Below are positions 13,186 through 26,461 of a stretch of 64,000 nucleotides of DNA, one piece after another. The stretch lies in the NCBI RefSeq assembly GCF_009914755.1, contig NC_060925.1; one strand, written 5' to 3'. The notes under the pieces are model-generated. The model had not been told where the DNA came from. It made no database searches and saw only the letters and a program-made list of their open reading frames with translations. Source of the stretch: the human T2T-CHM13v2.0 reference genome, Homo sapiens. The position numbers and the translations under genes are program-made. How positions within the stretch are numbered: the first letter of the stretch is position 1; every line of letters starts with the position of its first letter.

Positions 13186-14188
13186 TGTCCTGCCATCCGC
13201 TCTTCCCTGTCAGTTAAAGGCTTAGTGCGTTCAGGGGCTACTTGGAAAGTTCTGAGAAGCAGCAAATGCCTCCTGCTTTTCATGCAGCCTGTTTGCCTGT
13301 GTGTTCCGTGGCTCCTTGTGTCTAAGGACAGCACGAGTGACTCATTAGCAGCACGGCATGTGCTTGGGGTGGTTTTTGTAATGAGTGGTGATGGATCATC
13401 CACATACTCTCCCTGAAGGACCCTGACTGACCTTGTATGCATTTGTGAGATGACTGTCTGGGGTCACAGGTGTTGTTTGTGGTCATGGAAAAAGAAAAGC
13501 TAATTGGCGTGTGTTTTGAAATGGACCTGGGGCACCCATAAATAGACCCAGTGTCCTTCAGCTGGAGAATTCTGCTTCCACTAAAGTGAACAGAGGTGAT
13601 TTCTCCTCTAAGTAGGGTGCATTGGGATCTCTCTTCCAATCCTCTGTACCTGACAAATTGAGCAGGCTGGTTAGAGTAAAAACCTGATTTTATTAGTATA
13701 GTGTAAGGAAACATCCCACTACAAGATATAGATCAATATATGCAGAAAGGCAAATTACAGGTACTCAGCCTAAAGTAATTTGTTAGAACTTGGTCTCACA
13801 GGTTTACAGTTTAGTCCACCTTAGAATTCCCTTGGTCAAGATAGAGTCTTCTCTTCTACTCCCTCATCACAGAGGCTCTTGGCTGGTTTCCATATACAGC
13901 CACTCCTCACCACCTACCACTGTATTCTCAGTCTAAACTCCTCAAGGGCACCCGATACCCTCACTAGGTGATGTCTTTCCCTGTTCCCTCATCCCGGACT
14001 TCCTGGGCCTTCTTTTGCCTCTGCTGATAGCCGTGGTAGTACCCAAGAGAGGCCCCTCTAATGACCAAGGTCTCTTTGATCTGTTCTAAAACCTCCTCTT
14101 TTTGCCAGGAGTTCCCCACAGTGACTACTCAGGTTTTTCTGTGACTTGCCTCTGGTTATTAAATCTGCCTTTTTCTAATTTTCTCTGT

Positions 14189-14238
14189 AATACTCTACAT
14201 GAGATCACTGTGCAATACTCTACATGAAAACACTCTGC
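14189..14238 (+). repeat. 25-bp tandem duplication
   Basis: aatactctacatgagatcactgtgc / aatactctacatgaaaacactctgc. Confidence 0.92.
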
Positions 14239-14272
14239 CTTCTAGATTTTTATCTTATTTTTAGAAATAATT

Positions 14273-14400
14273 TGTATTAGCTTAGATTGGTTAAGCTGTC
14301 TAAAGCAAACAAAACAAAACCCTCTGAAAAACCCCAAAATAACATGGCTTAAACAAAATACAAGTTTATTTTTTCCCTTCTTTCTTATAGCCCAAAGATG
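14273..14400 (-). mobile_element. Old MLT1 LTR fragment
   Basis: tgtattag...aaccccaaaat..ca.tggcttaaac...aagtttattt. Confidence 0.55.
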
Positions 14401-17100
14401 ACTGGTGGGCTGGTCTCCAGGGTGTGAGAACTCCCATCTGGCTTCTTTCCCTAGAGTGGCTTCCAGTGCCCAGCCCAGCTCATGGGCCGGGGGATGGGGG
14501 AGCTGCAGAAGGGATGGAGTGATTTAGAGTACTGCACCTTGTTGCCCTACTCTAGGCTACTGGTAACCCTGGCTGGAATTTGCTGTTTGGCATCAGTGAC
14601 ATCATTTCCTCTGTCTGTCCTTGGTCTGCACACCTCTGTCTATGGCTGTCACCTGGCAGAGGTTTGCATTTCAATCTTATTGGGAAGGAATCCTGGTCTA
14701 GCAGGGAGAAGGTGTATCATATTATCAGTGGTAGGTCTCGTCTCCTGTGATCTGTAGAACTGGAAGTAATCATGGATCGCGTTAAGACTAAATGATCGAC
14801 GAATTCTGTAAGGACTGCTCAAGGTCAATAGCTCATTGTATTAGGAACCCTGCCTTTGAATTATTCAGCAATTTTCAAAAACTGGGAAATATTCCTGTGG
14901 GAGCAAAATGTTCTTTATTTCAAACTTAGTTCTGATGAAATTGTTTGGAAAGTTAGAGAAAAACTAGTTCTGTTCCTATTCAGTTTGTAGATATGGGCCG
15001 GAAAATGCCATTTGCCACTAGGAGCTGGAAGCTAATTTGTAGCCTCAAGACAGTAGTGACAACGGCAGCGGGGTAAGACAACATGGAGGTGTGCACAGCC
15101 CAGGCAAGTCGTTGTAATATTTCACCCATGGGGTTTCTCTACATCCTGGCGGAGAAGGGTGATTGTGAATCACAGATCCCACCCAGAATCAAAACTTAAA
15201 CATGCTTCCTCAAACCTTTGAGTACAAATAGTGTCTTTACCCTCTTCTGGTTATAATTTATTTATTTTTTAATGGAAATTTGAAAGCAGCCATTAAAGAT
15301 GACTTCCAGGCCAGCTCGTCTGACACAAGGTGAGATTACTTCAGAACTAAGTGGTTCCCAGAAGGGTCTTCCAGCCTCAGAAAGACCGAGGCTTCCAGTG
15401 TGAGCTCTGCCAGGCCAGGAGGATGGTGTCGCCTCTGGCTCAGGGGAGACTAGGGTTGAAGACTGTGGCATCTCCTCTGAGTGAAGACTTAAGAAGCTGC
15501 AGGATCCTTAATGTACTTGGGCAAATAGCAAGAAAGGACTATAAAGAGGAGAAAAGATGAGAGAAAGAAGACCTTTTGAAATGTATTCTATTGGCTGAGG
15601 ATCTATGGATTCCTTAGCCTTTGACGGTATCAGTGTGAGCTTGCCTGGAAGCATAGGTCAGTAAGGTGGGGGTGGGGGGTGTCTGTGTGCATTTGTGTGC
15701 GTGCGTGTATGTGTGTATGTATATTCTTGGCTTATCCTGGTTTCTTCTGTGTTGTTGATTCCTAACGCGCAGAAAAACCAAACTCTTAACTCTAAATCTA
15801 TCCTGCTTTTTTATTCTTCCCAAAGGGATCTTTATCAGTGAGATTGATTCAGATTTAACCAAAAATCTAAAATCTATCAGTCACCAAGCACTACTGTGTG
15901 CTTTTGTAAAAATAACCTTATTTAATCCTTAGTAAGAATTAAGGCATAGGTGAAGTCGTGTAGTAGGAGTCTTGGGCCTGGCTTTGAACCTAGACACCCA
16001 AGGCCTGTTTTAGTGTACGTTTTTTTTTGTGCCATGCTGTGGCACTAACAGAAGAAAGCTCGTGCCCATACTTATACTTTTCTAGGTATTAAAATGTGGT
16101 AGGACAAGGAAATCTATCATGTATTAGCTCTTGCCAGAAAGCAGGCAATGTGCTAGGTGCCTCACTGAGACTCGGAACTGCAGAACATTTTTACCTCAAG
16201 GCTAAAGAGTATTGAGAAACTTCTGTTTTCTCTATGGTTGCTTCCTTTAGGAAATACCATTGTAGAGAGAAGCTTTCATCTCCACGGAATGCACAGCAAG
16301 TTGCCGACCAATGGCTCCACATTTTTCATGCTTTTTATGTGTAACTAAGAAGGAAACTGTTCCTTGTATCATGGGTTACCACAGGCAATCCAGGTCTCAC
16401 ACACCCTTCCCTGGCCCTGGTCCTGGTCCTGGCCTTCTGTCTTTCCGATGGCTTTCCCCCTTTCCTCATACCTCTGGGTATGTCAGTCTAAGGCCAAAGC
16501 TTGTGTAAGTCATGCCCTCCTACCAACTTCTGTAGCTCCTGTTTAGGCAAAGGGGTTTCCCGAGCAGCAGTCCAGACTTGAGCTATTAAGGACCAAAGCC
16601 CCTCGCCCAGGCAGCCGGCACCCATCCAGAAAGGCAGGGGCCTATCGCCCAGCACATTAGCTTTCTCCCTGCCAGCTGGCCCAGGGAGGCGCAGCGTGCC
16701 AAGTGGGGAACGTGTGAATGGGATCCATGCCCATGCATCCCCTGAGAAGTAGAAAATGCACGTGACCAGAACCGCCAAAACCTAACCCAGGGAAAAAGAT
16801 GACAAGAAAAACTTGGTGTGTTTCTCTAAAGACAACCACAAAACATAAACAAACAAACAAAAACCTAAAACTGTCTCAAGAGTGTCATATAATTTTGTTT
16901 TCATCTCTTGCCCTAAAACCTCACACAAAGTTTTACACATTGTGGCTGTTGGCTAAATGTGAAAAACGAGTGAATCTAAGAGCTCCTCGCAGGACCACGT
17001 TTATTTGGAAAGTCAGCACGGTGCCTGGCACCATAGTAAATGCTCAATAAATATTCCTGGGCTGAAACATTTGAGGGCCGCAAATTCTTGCCTTTGTTTG

Positions 17101-17163
17101 ACTAAATCCTTCAAATCCCTGAACTTGGTTCATTTACTAAATCCTTCAAATCCCTGAACTTGG
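17101..17163 (+). repeat. Perfect 28-bp direct repeat, period 35
   Basis: actaaatccttcaaatccctgaacttgg at 17101 and 17136. Confidence 0.97.
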
Positions 17164-18970
17164 CCTACCTGCTTGGCAAACCAAGAAAAACAGTTGGAAT
17201 GGCTTAAAAACAATAATATCTTACCTTCAATACAAATCCCCCACTTTAAGAAACCCTGGACCTAGATTAAGTCCCACCTCGGTGTCTCTGAGATTCTAGA
17301 GGGCTGAGAGACAACCCGGGGGAACAAGGGTGGCTTTCAACATTTGGAGATTTCTTAAACTACAGCTTCTCATCTGAAGAGGCCGCTCCAGGCCTACTGC
17401 AGCATCCAGGGTCTCCACTTGGGGCTGGAAGGTGTCAACTCGGGTGGTAACTGCTTTCCCTGTATAATCAGAAGCGCTGACTGACACCTATCAGTAATGC
17501 TGACTTGTAAAATTTAGAAAACAGAATCATCAGTCATTTCTATTTGTTTGATGAATAACTCTTTAAAAATCACCATTAAAAAAGGCATTTCACATCAAAC
17601 AGAGAGATTGAGAATAAGGAGTGAAGAACACGAGGACCTGCTGCCCTGAGTTTCAAGACACTAACAGAAGATTTGGGTCCCACCTTTGGTTGAGAAGAAT
17701 CAAATTAGAGCATAGTTATTTTTCAACTTGAGGAGGTTCCGGGCTGTGGATATATTGTGCTTATAGGAAGTAAACAAAATCAGAGGAAGAAGTGTATGTG
17801 CATCAGTTGGATGCACACAAATCTTCAGATTTTCAGTTGTTATCCACCCACCCTGGCAATCTCATGTACCCACAAGCCTCAAAGCAGTTGGTGTCCTGTG
17901 TCCGAGGGACTGGAGGAGCGTAAACCATGGGCTTCTTGAAGTCGGAGCCCATATCTGGGTCATCCAAGGTCCCAGGATCCAGCTCATTCCTGTCACCTTG
18001 GAGGTACTTGAGCAGTAATTTGTTTGATTGCACTGAGCGTTCCTCAGAGGGCCTGTTTGTGGAGACAACCTCTATGTGGCCCCTTGGCTGCCAGGCCCTG
18101 TCAGCCCTCACAGAGTGCTTCTTCCCCAGGTACCAGTCAGGAACCAGGCCTTTCCCAGCACCCAGAGCCTTTGTCACCGGTAATGTTGGCTTCCTGGGGT
18201 CATACCAGGCTGGGTCCAGGAAGCTCTGGCTTAATGCCAGTGTAGTTTTGCTTGTTTAGAATTGTCAGATTTGATAAGGCAGATTTGACAGTTTTTTGAA
18301 GTGGATATGGAAGAGGTGGCAGAGAGAACAGCCTTCTACCCAACAGCATGCTGGCTCTGGTACAACTTGTAACTGGAATGCAGGGGGAAAGAGAGCACAT
18401 ACAGGGAATTGGCTGCCTGGCTGAGAACAGGAAGCTGAGGCACAGATCCTTGGATCTCACCAGCCCGTATCTTCCCTCCTTGATTCTTTATTATATTGCT
18501 CTTAAGAAATATTGGAACAGACATTTAGTGTCAGGGGCCCTGTGAGGTTGTGTGGGGAACCGCCTTTCAGGAGTTCACAGTCTTGCTGGCAAGATGGTAG
18601 GTGTGCCCTGGCATGTCCTGAGATGCCCCATGGCTGTGGTCTAGGCAGTACGTGCCCTGGTGCCTCAGAGGCTTAGAGATCATTTTCGGCTCTTCTCGTC
18701 AGGGCAGATTTCATGAAGGATTTTGAGCTGAGATTTAAAATGAAATAGGACTGTAGTAAGTGGATTTCTGTGGCTGAGAAAGAAGAGGGCATTCTATCAC
18801 CCAATACAGTGGCTCTAACCATGATGGTGGAAAGAGGTAATGGGAAAGGACCAGATTTAGAGAAATTAAAAGAAATTAGGAAATCAATAGAAAAAACTTC
18901 CTTCTTTCCATTACTATCTGATTGTTTTCTTCTTGGCCAGAGTATCGGTGTGCCTTGGGCATCAGAAGAG

Positions 18971-18972
<2 letters not shown>

Positions 18973-19014
<42 letters not shown>

Positions 19015-19032
19015 CACACACACACACGCACA
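18973..19032 (+). repeat. (TG)18(CG)3(CA)6CG(CA)2 microsatellite
   Basis: Read directly from the sequence. Confidence 0.99.
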
Positions 19033-19776
19033 GAATAGATATCACATCCATGTAGCTGCCTGTTGTGAAAAGGATTCAGAACTCCAATATTGTAGAGGAC
19101 TGAAGTGTCTGAGAGTTAAAGATCTAGAGTTCAGTGTCGGCTGTGTCTCATTTGCTTTGATTTTGGGGAAATGTGCTTTGCCTTTATAATCTTCGGTTAT
19201 CTGCTATGTAAGTTTGGAACATTACTTCATGTTTTGTAAGGTGATGTAATTCAGTGCGTGCAAGTACTTTATGAACAAATAAAAGGTATAACTCTGATGC
19301 TCTCAGGAAGCAAGCATTTTGCTCTTTTCCTAAAACTGCATAGCTGACTTGGGAATGAGGCGGGGAGAGCTGGTCTCTCTTTTCTAACTCTTCTGGTAGG
19401 ATGTGGTAAAGACTGAGCTCCTGGGCAATAGAACACTCTGCATGGAGGTTTGTGCCTACAAATCAAACAAAGAGATCAGCCAGAGAGAGCCTGCCTTTTT
19501 GCACACACCGTTGGGAGGCTACCTTGTGCCTTTCCCCAGACCACCTGCCTCTGCTTTCTGTCTTGTTCTTTATCTGTTTCTCTCTCTCAGCTCAGCTTTG
19601 GGCCCCTGGACTGTTGTCCAAATCTGAAGACCACCCTCCCTGTAGATCTGCCCTCCTCCCCTCCCAACCTGCCCCCACCTGTGGAAGTTTGAATCTGAGC
19701 AGAGGCATTCCCCCAGCATGAACCTGGACACTTGACTGTCCGCCCGCCTGGAGAACCAGTCCTTGGTGAAGAAAGA

Positions 19777-19793
19777 GTGCCCTCTAGTGGGCA
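19777..19793 (-). promoter_or_regulatory. CTCF motif (reverse orientation)
   Basis: Minus strand reads TGCCCACTAGAGGGCAC, matching the core CCACYAGRKGGCRS. Confidence 0.7.
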
Positions 19794-20428
19794 TTGGCTG
19801 GAGCTGCTCCGGACCCACGTCACTCAGCCAAGGACAAAACAACCCGCCACACGGCCCTCCCGCCAAGGATGATCTTGACTATGCCTTTGGGTTTGGTTTG
19901 TTTTTCTCCTTGTGTGAAGAAAAAGAAAGAAAGAACAGCAGGAGACAAGTGGTGAGAGCAGCTCCCACAATGCTGTGACAGTCCCTTTATCTTAGGACTT
20001 TTACCAAAGAATTAACCCCAGGGCAAGCGATGGCAGCAAGGTACATGTGACATCAGAAGCTTTTTAAAGGACTTGTGACAATTCCTGTATAAATCACCTA
20101 CCTGTCTCAACTGGTCTCTTCCATAATTGGGTGGATTTGTGGGAAGGAAACTCTTTCTGTAAGAATGATTACCAAATGGGTTAAATATCTTCATGGGCGC
20201 AACCCCTCTGCAGATTGCATATCCACTGCAATCAATGACATTTTTCGGGTAGTGGACGCGTCCGGGCCTGCCTGGCCATTAAAACCCTATATGCATGAGG
20301 ACAAACAAGGGATTTGGCCCTTTAAAACCTATTTCAGAAAAAAGCTGCTGGGGTGGGGAGGGAAGAGATGAGGGGGAGGGAGAGAGCGCAGGGCACCCAT
20401 CAGGGAAGCAGGAACCTGATCATATGTG

Positions 20429-20444
20429 ATGGTTGCTGGATTAG
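20429..20444 (+). CDS. PBX1: Candidate coding end of an alternative first exon (MVAGL-V, in frame with exon 3)
   Basis: gtgATGG Kozak context; ATG GTT GCT GGA TTA G|gtaaca is a phase-1 donor; TATA-like TTTAAAA at 20321-20327. Prediction only. Confidence 0.45.
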
Positions 20445-23400
20445 GTAACAGCTCCGCTGGTTGAAATTGGATCTTGGAGGATGAGTGTTAACATCTCTGG
20501 TGTCCTGGCGAAAGGTTCATTTGAGTCTTGCATGGTGCTGCAGAGATAAAAAGGAGCTTTTAAATAATCATTTTGTCTCCTACTCACCAGAGTACTGGCT
20601 TCCAGCAATAAATAGGTAGCATCAGTTCTGCTTAGACATATCACCCTTTTCATTTATTTATTTAATGTTGGTGTTTTTTTTTTTTTTTAACCGCCGAGCT
20701 GAACAGTTTGTGTATCAGTGAATCCCAACACCCATTCTTAATAGTGGTATATTTGGATTCTCCTTGCGCTGGCTACAAATATGAGCATGCAAGGTTGTTT
20801 ATTGGTCCATCCCTGTCCCCTCCAAGCATTACAGACACAGCCCAAATCCACCAGAACTGAATTTTCTATGCAAAATAGTGCAAGATGGTTTTCTTTTAAG
20901 GTTTTCCCTTGTTCATATTGTTCCTTAAAAAAATTTTTTTTGGGTTTTTGCACAATCATTTTCTATTTTCATAATTTGAGTATAATTTAAAGGGTGTAAT
21001 TTGGAAATGACTGTTGTTGGTTTTTCTACCCGCCGCCCTCCCCCCCCCGCCCTTTTCTTTTCATTCTTTTGTTTTCTTCAGAACTCTGATTGGGGACCTA
21101 TTTATGTGTCTTGAACTCTAAGTGTAAATGCAAGCAATATTTATGCCGTGGTGCATTGTATCTATCTTATCAATTTCTAATTGGCCACATTTAGAAACTA
21201 AGTCTATTAACTCATAGTGAATTCAAATTTCTTTTTAGGGAGTATTTATTTGCAGGATTCACAAAATGATGTGAAAGCTAAGCGAAATACTAACACTTTC
21301 TTGCCCCAGCCAACCCACCACCACTGCGCCCAATTAAATGTATCCTTCATACCTGAAAGAAAAGAGGCAGTATGCTTTATGCTTTAAGCTTTGCAACCCT
21401 CCTGAAACTTCCATGGCGGGTAGGGGCTTGCAGTTTATCCTTTCAGTGTTCTTTGCCAGCCTTGACAATTTCCTTTCTTATTTTATTTAAAACCAGTTAG
21501 ATTTGAAGGCCAAGAAATGTATTAATTAGGAGGTGTGTAGAGTTTGTGTGAAATTGTTTGTGCTTCCCATTGACTATTTTAAAAAGATGGTGTTTTAAAA
21601 AGATGGAGCAGAGGCATGAAACTGAGAGGGGTTGGAAAGAGGAAATATTCTCAGAGGTTAATATTAGGTATATGGGAAATATTCATAGTGATGTGTGCGT
21701 GATCACCTGTGTAGCTCCTGGAGGAGCGAGGATCAGAACTGTCTCTCTGCCTTGCCTCTCCCTTCTTTCATACCTCACTGAGTTTGGCTGGAGGAATAAG
21801 CTGATGGAATGAATGAGGCCGCTTGGGGTACCCATGTGATTGGAGGAGGTAGGATACTTGATGTCAGCTCAAGTAGGCAGTGCTTAACACTAGCCCTGGC
21901 AAGGCAAGTCCTGACCATTAATAGGACATCATTCTTTTTTGCTTTGCTGTTGTTGTTGAGACCAGAGGTTGTCCTAAAATCTCTCAGTGTTGGGCCGCAT
22001 GCAGGACCAGTTGGGTGTGGAGTAGCCAGGTGGACCCACTTGAAGGCATTAACACCCAGCTGAAGGGTTACCAGCCTCAGCTTCGTGGGGAATGTTCCTG
22101 CCAGCCGTGGGGGCTTACGGCCTCTTCTGAAGGAAGTATATTGGACATGAGATTCAGTGAGCGAATGAGAGAGTAGAATTTTGCCCCAGCACAATGTTTT
22201 GAATAATCGAGCTAAAGTGAAACAACTATATTTATTAATGGCTCAGAGGCGATTCTTTTTTTTTTCTAATTTGTAAATGACCCATAAATTTCTTTGTGGA
22301 TAAGGCTATTAAAATTTATCATATAAAGAGAAACAACCACATAGAGGTGAAGGAGAGGCTGCTGGGCGCTGCTGCCAGATGTTTGGATGCCCCGAGATTC
22401 TTTTCGGTGCCTTTAGGGCCTGGTATTCAGGGCATGGTTACAGCAGCCATCTACTTTCTTAAGGAAACCTTTGTTAGTGGCAATTTGTTCTTCAGAGTGC
22501 TTCGGAGATTTAAGTAAATAAATTTAAGAAACAATAACGTGACTAAATCCTTATTGTGCAAAGATCAGCCAAAGGAGCAGTTTCCCATTCAGTCTCCTGA
22601 GCCTACAAAGGAAGGATTTTATTGGAAAAAAAAGTCCACAAAATAAACCTCAATGACCTCCTAACCTTTTGCCGTCACCACTATGGCAATTTTGTTTTTG
22701 TGTAGCAGAATATTACATATTCAGGTTTGAAGAGAGAAGATCATGACGTGGTAGTGTTGTGGTTTGCGTCTAGGGTGCAGGCTTCCTTCTTTTCTCCTTC
22801 CCAGCTACCTGCTCTCCCTCCTCCCTCCCTCCTTTCCTTCCTCTCATCCTTTTTTACTTCACCACGGAGCCCAAGCTTCTGCCCTGCACCTTTTGTCCTC
22901 TTTGCTCTTTATGGCCACCACTGATCCACATGGCTCGCCATTCCATTTGATGGTCTCGTGTTTTGTGAGAGCCATACTGTAGTTTTCCTTTTGGCCTAGG
23001 AATTGGGATTTCCTTCTGAACAACGTTCAGGGTTGGTTCTTTTGCTGCCTGTTGGCAGCCAGGAGCATGTGGGCACAGCCAGCAGTTATGCTGGTATTAT
23101 ATGTGATGACGCTCAAACATCTAGACATACCCTCATTGAGCTCATCTTCACCTTCCCTGTTACAACCCGAAGCCCTGCTTTGCCAGGGCTGGGAGACACC
23201 TGGAACTGGCACTGTCCCCCTGGGGCTCACCAGATGCACTCTGCCATGAAAACAGCTCTTGACTGTGCTCTGGTGTGTGGATATCCACCAGGGACTTAGA
23301 CCCTGCCACCTCCATCCCCAAAATGTCAACCAACACCGGACCCCTCTCCTCTGCCTTTAATCACTTCCCTCTTTCCCACCCTACCCACACATTCTTTTCA

Positions 23401-24069
23401 ATTTCTTAAAAATTGAAAACACTTTTTATGTTCCCTCTTAACAAAGACTTGGCTGCTGACAACTGAACTGGATTTAGATGAGTGATTTATTTTATGGGAG
23501 GTTGTCTGAAGGGGTAGTAAAAAAGACTGTCTCGCTCTTCTGCTGATTTACTAAATCACTGGATCTCCTTCAGTCCAAATCACCACCAAGGGTCCTGGTG
23601 TTTTCATAAAGATCAGCCATCTCATTGATCTGAGACGCCATCCTACCAGAGCACTGGCTTCCCTGAAACCCTGGAGACAGCTTGTTAAAAGGACCTCACC
23701 CTTGTTTCCAACAGGACAGAGTCCTTATCACTCGGAACACATAGATCTCAATGTTTGGAGCTAAACGACCCTGCTCAAGGGCCAATTTGTCTTCTTGCTA
23801 TGTTAGACCTCACTCTCTGCTAGTCCACAGGAAAGGTCTGAAGATTTCGTTCCACATGTACTGGATTTGTGTACTTCAGGTGATTTTGGAAATGAAAAAT
23901 TTAGACTGATCAAGCATTGCAAAGAAAGGCAATGAGTGCACAACCACAGACTTATGGAAATTTAAAAGGAGAAATAAAGAGGGAAATGCTTTTCCTTAAA
24001 TTGAAATTAGGTAGTATGGGGATGAAAGTAAAAAATATATTTTGTTATGATTACATTTTTCTAGTTGAA

Positions 24070-25220
<1,151 letters not shown>

Positions 25221-26076
25221 TAGGCATTCAATGGAGGTAAAGGCATTAAAAAATGTGTGACGCTGTAAATGATTTCAAGGAAACATAAATCGTGCATAGA
25301 AGGAACACTCCATACCTGGACTCCAGAACGTGTGTCTGTGATGTGCAGGCCTGGCTCTCATCCGGGCGCTATAGGTGATCAGCAGAGTCACCAGCTAACC
25401 TGCAAGAAGGTGGGAGGTTTTCTCTGGCCCTTGTTTTTCCTTATTTATCAGGAGGCCTATACTTTTTCTGGGTGCTCATAGTATCCTATGGGAAAGGACT
25501 TAAAACTTGGCCCTAGAGTCCCTCACTTTACCCAGACTCAGTTCAATTGAGAGTCAAACGTATTCCCTCTTTTACATAATATATGGTATGGAATATGACA
25601 CAAATCATCCTCTGTAAAAAGGGTAGGAGGTTCAGGAGACCCCTGGAGCCAGACAAACTGGGATTCTAATCCGGGCACTCCACAGATGGTTTGTGGGACT
25701 CAGTGTTCTGCATACTCAATTCTGAAAGCTGATGTATGGCACAGATCTGTGGATTTGGAGTCACGGATGTGAAGGACCATAAAACTTATATAAAGGAAAG
25801 GGCAAGAAAGGCTGTTAACTACAAAGCAGTACATGTAGGGTCTCCCGATTATAACAGAGCCCCTCTCTAATAGAGAACCCCCATCCCATCCTCCCCACAA
25901 CACATACACACATCATATAGCAATGCTAGTTCCTCTGGTTAGTGTAAGCATGCTACTTTATCAGGAGTCCTTTAACAGCAGCCTTTCATTTAGATAGCAG
26001 ATAAGTTTGTTGTTATCTCTTGGGATGCAACATTATATTGAAGTTCTCCATTACCCTACTCTCATTGAATCATTAG

Positions 26077-26461
26077 CTTTTCTTTTCTTTTCTTTTTTTT
26101 CGTTTCTTCTTTTCTTTCCTTTGCTTTCCTTACCTTTCTTTTCTTTTTTTTTTCCTTTCTTTTTTTTTTTTTTTTTTTTGAGATGGGGTCTCACTCTGTC
26201 ACCCAGGCTAGAGTGCACCGGCACGATCTCTGTTCACTGCAACCTCTGTGTCCCAGGTTCAAGCAATTCTCCTGCCTCAGCCTCCTGAGTAGCTGGGATT
26301 ACAGGCAGGTGCCAGCATACCCAGCTAATCTTTGTAGTTTTAGTAGAGACAGGGTTTCACTATGTTGGCCAGGCTGGTCTTGAACTCCTGACCTCAGGTG
26401 ATCCACCTGCTTCGGCCTTCTAAAGTGCTGGGATTATAGGCGTGAGCCACCACACCTGGCC
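26077..26461 (-). mobile_element. AluSx/Sz-like element with ~100 nt T/C-rich expanded tail
   Basis: Full-length Alu reverse complement ending cctggcc. Confidence 0.97.

Noticed and set aside
17101-17163. 28-bp direct repeats as a CRISPR-like array
   Set aside because: Only two copies with a 7-nt spacer, in a eukaryotic intron, with no cas genes
18610-18628. Possible p53 response element
   Set aside because: The second half-site lacks the invariant C of CWWG
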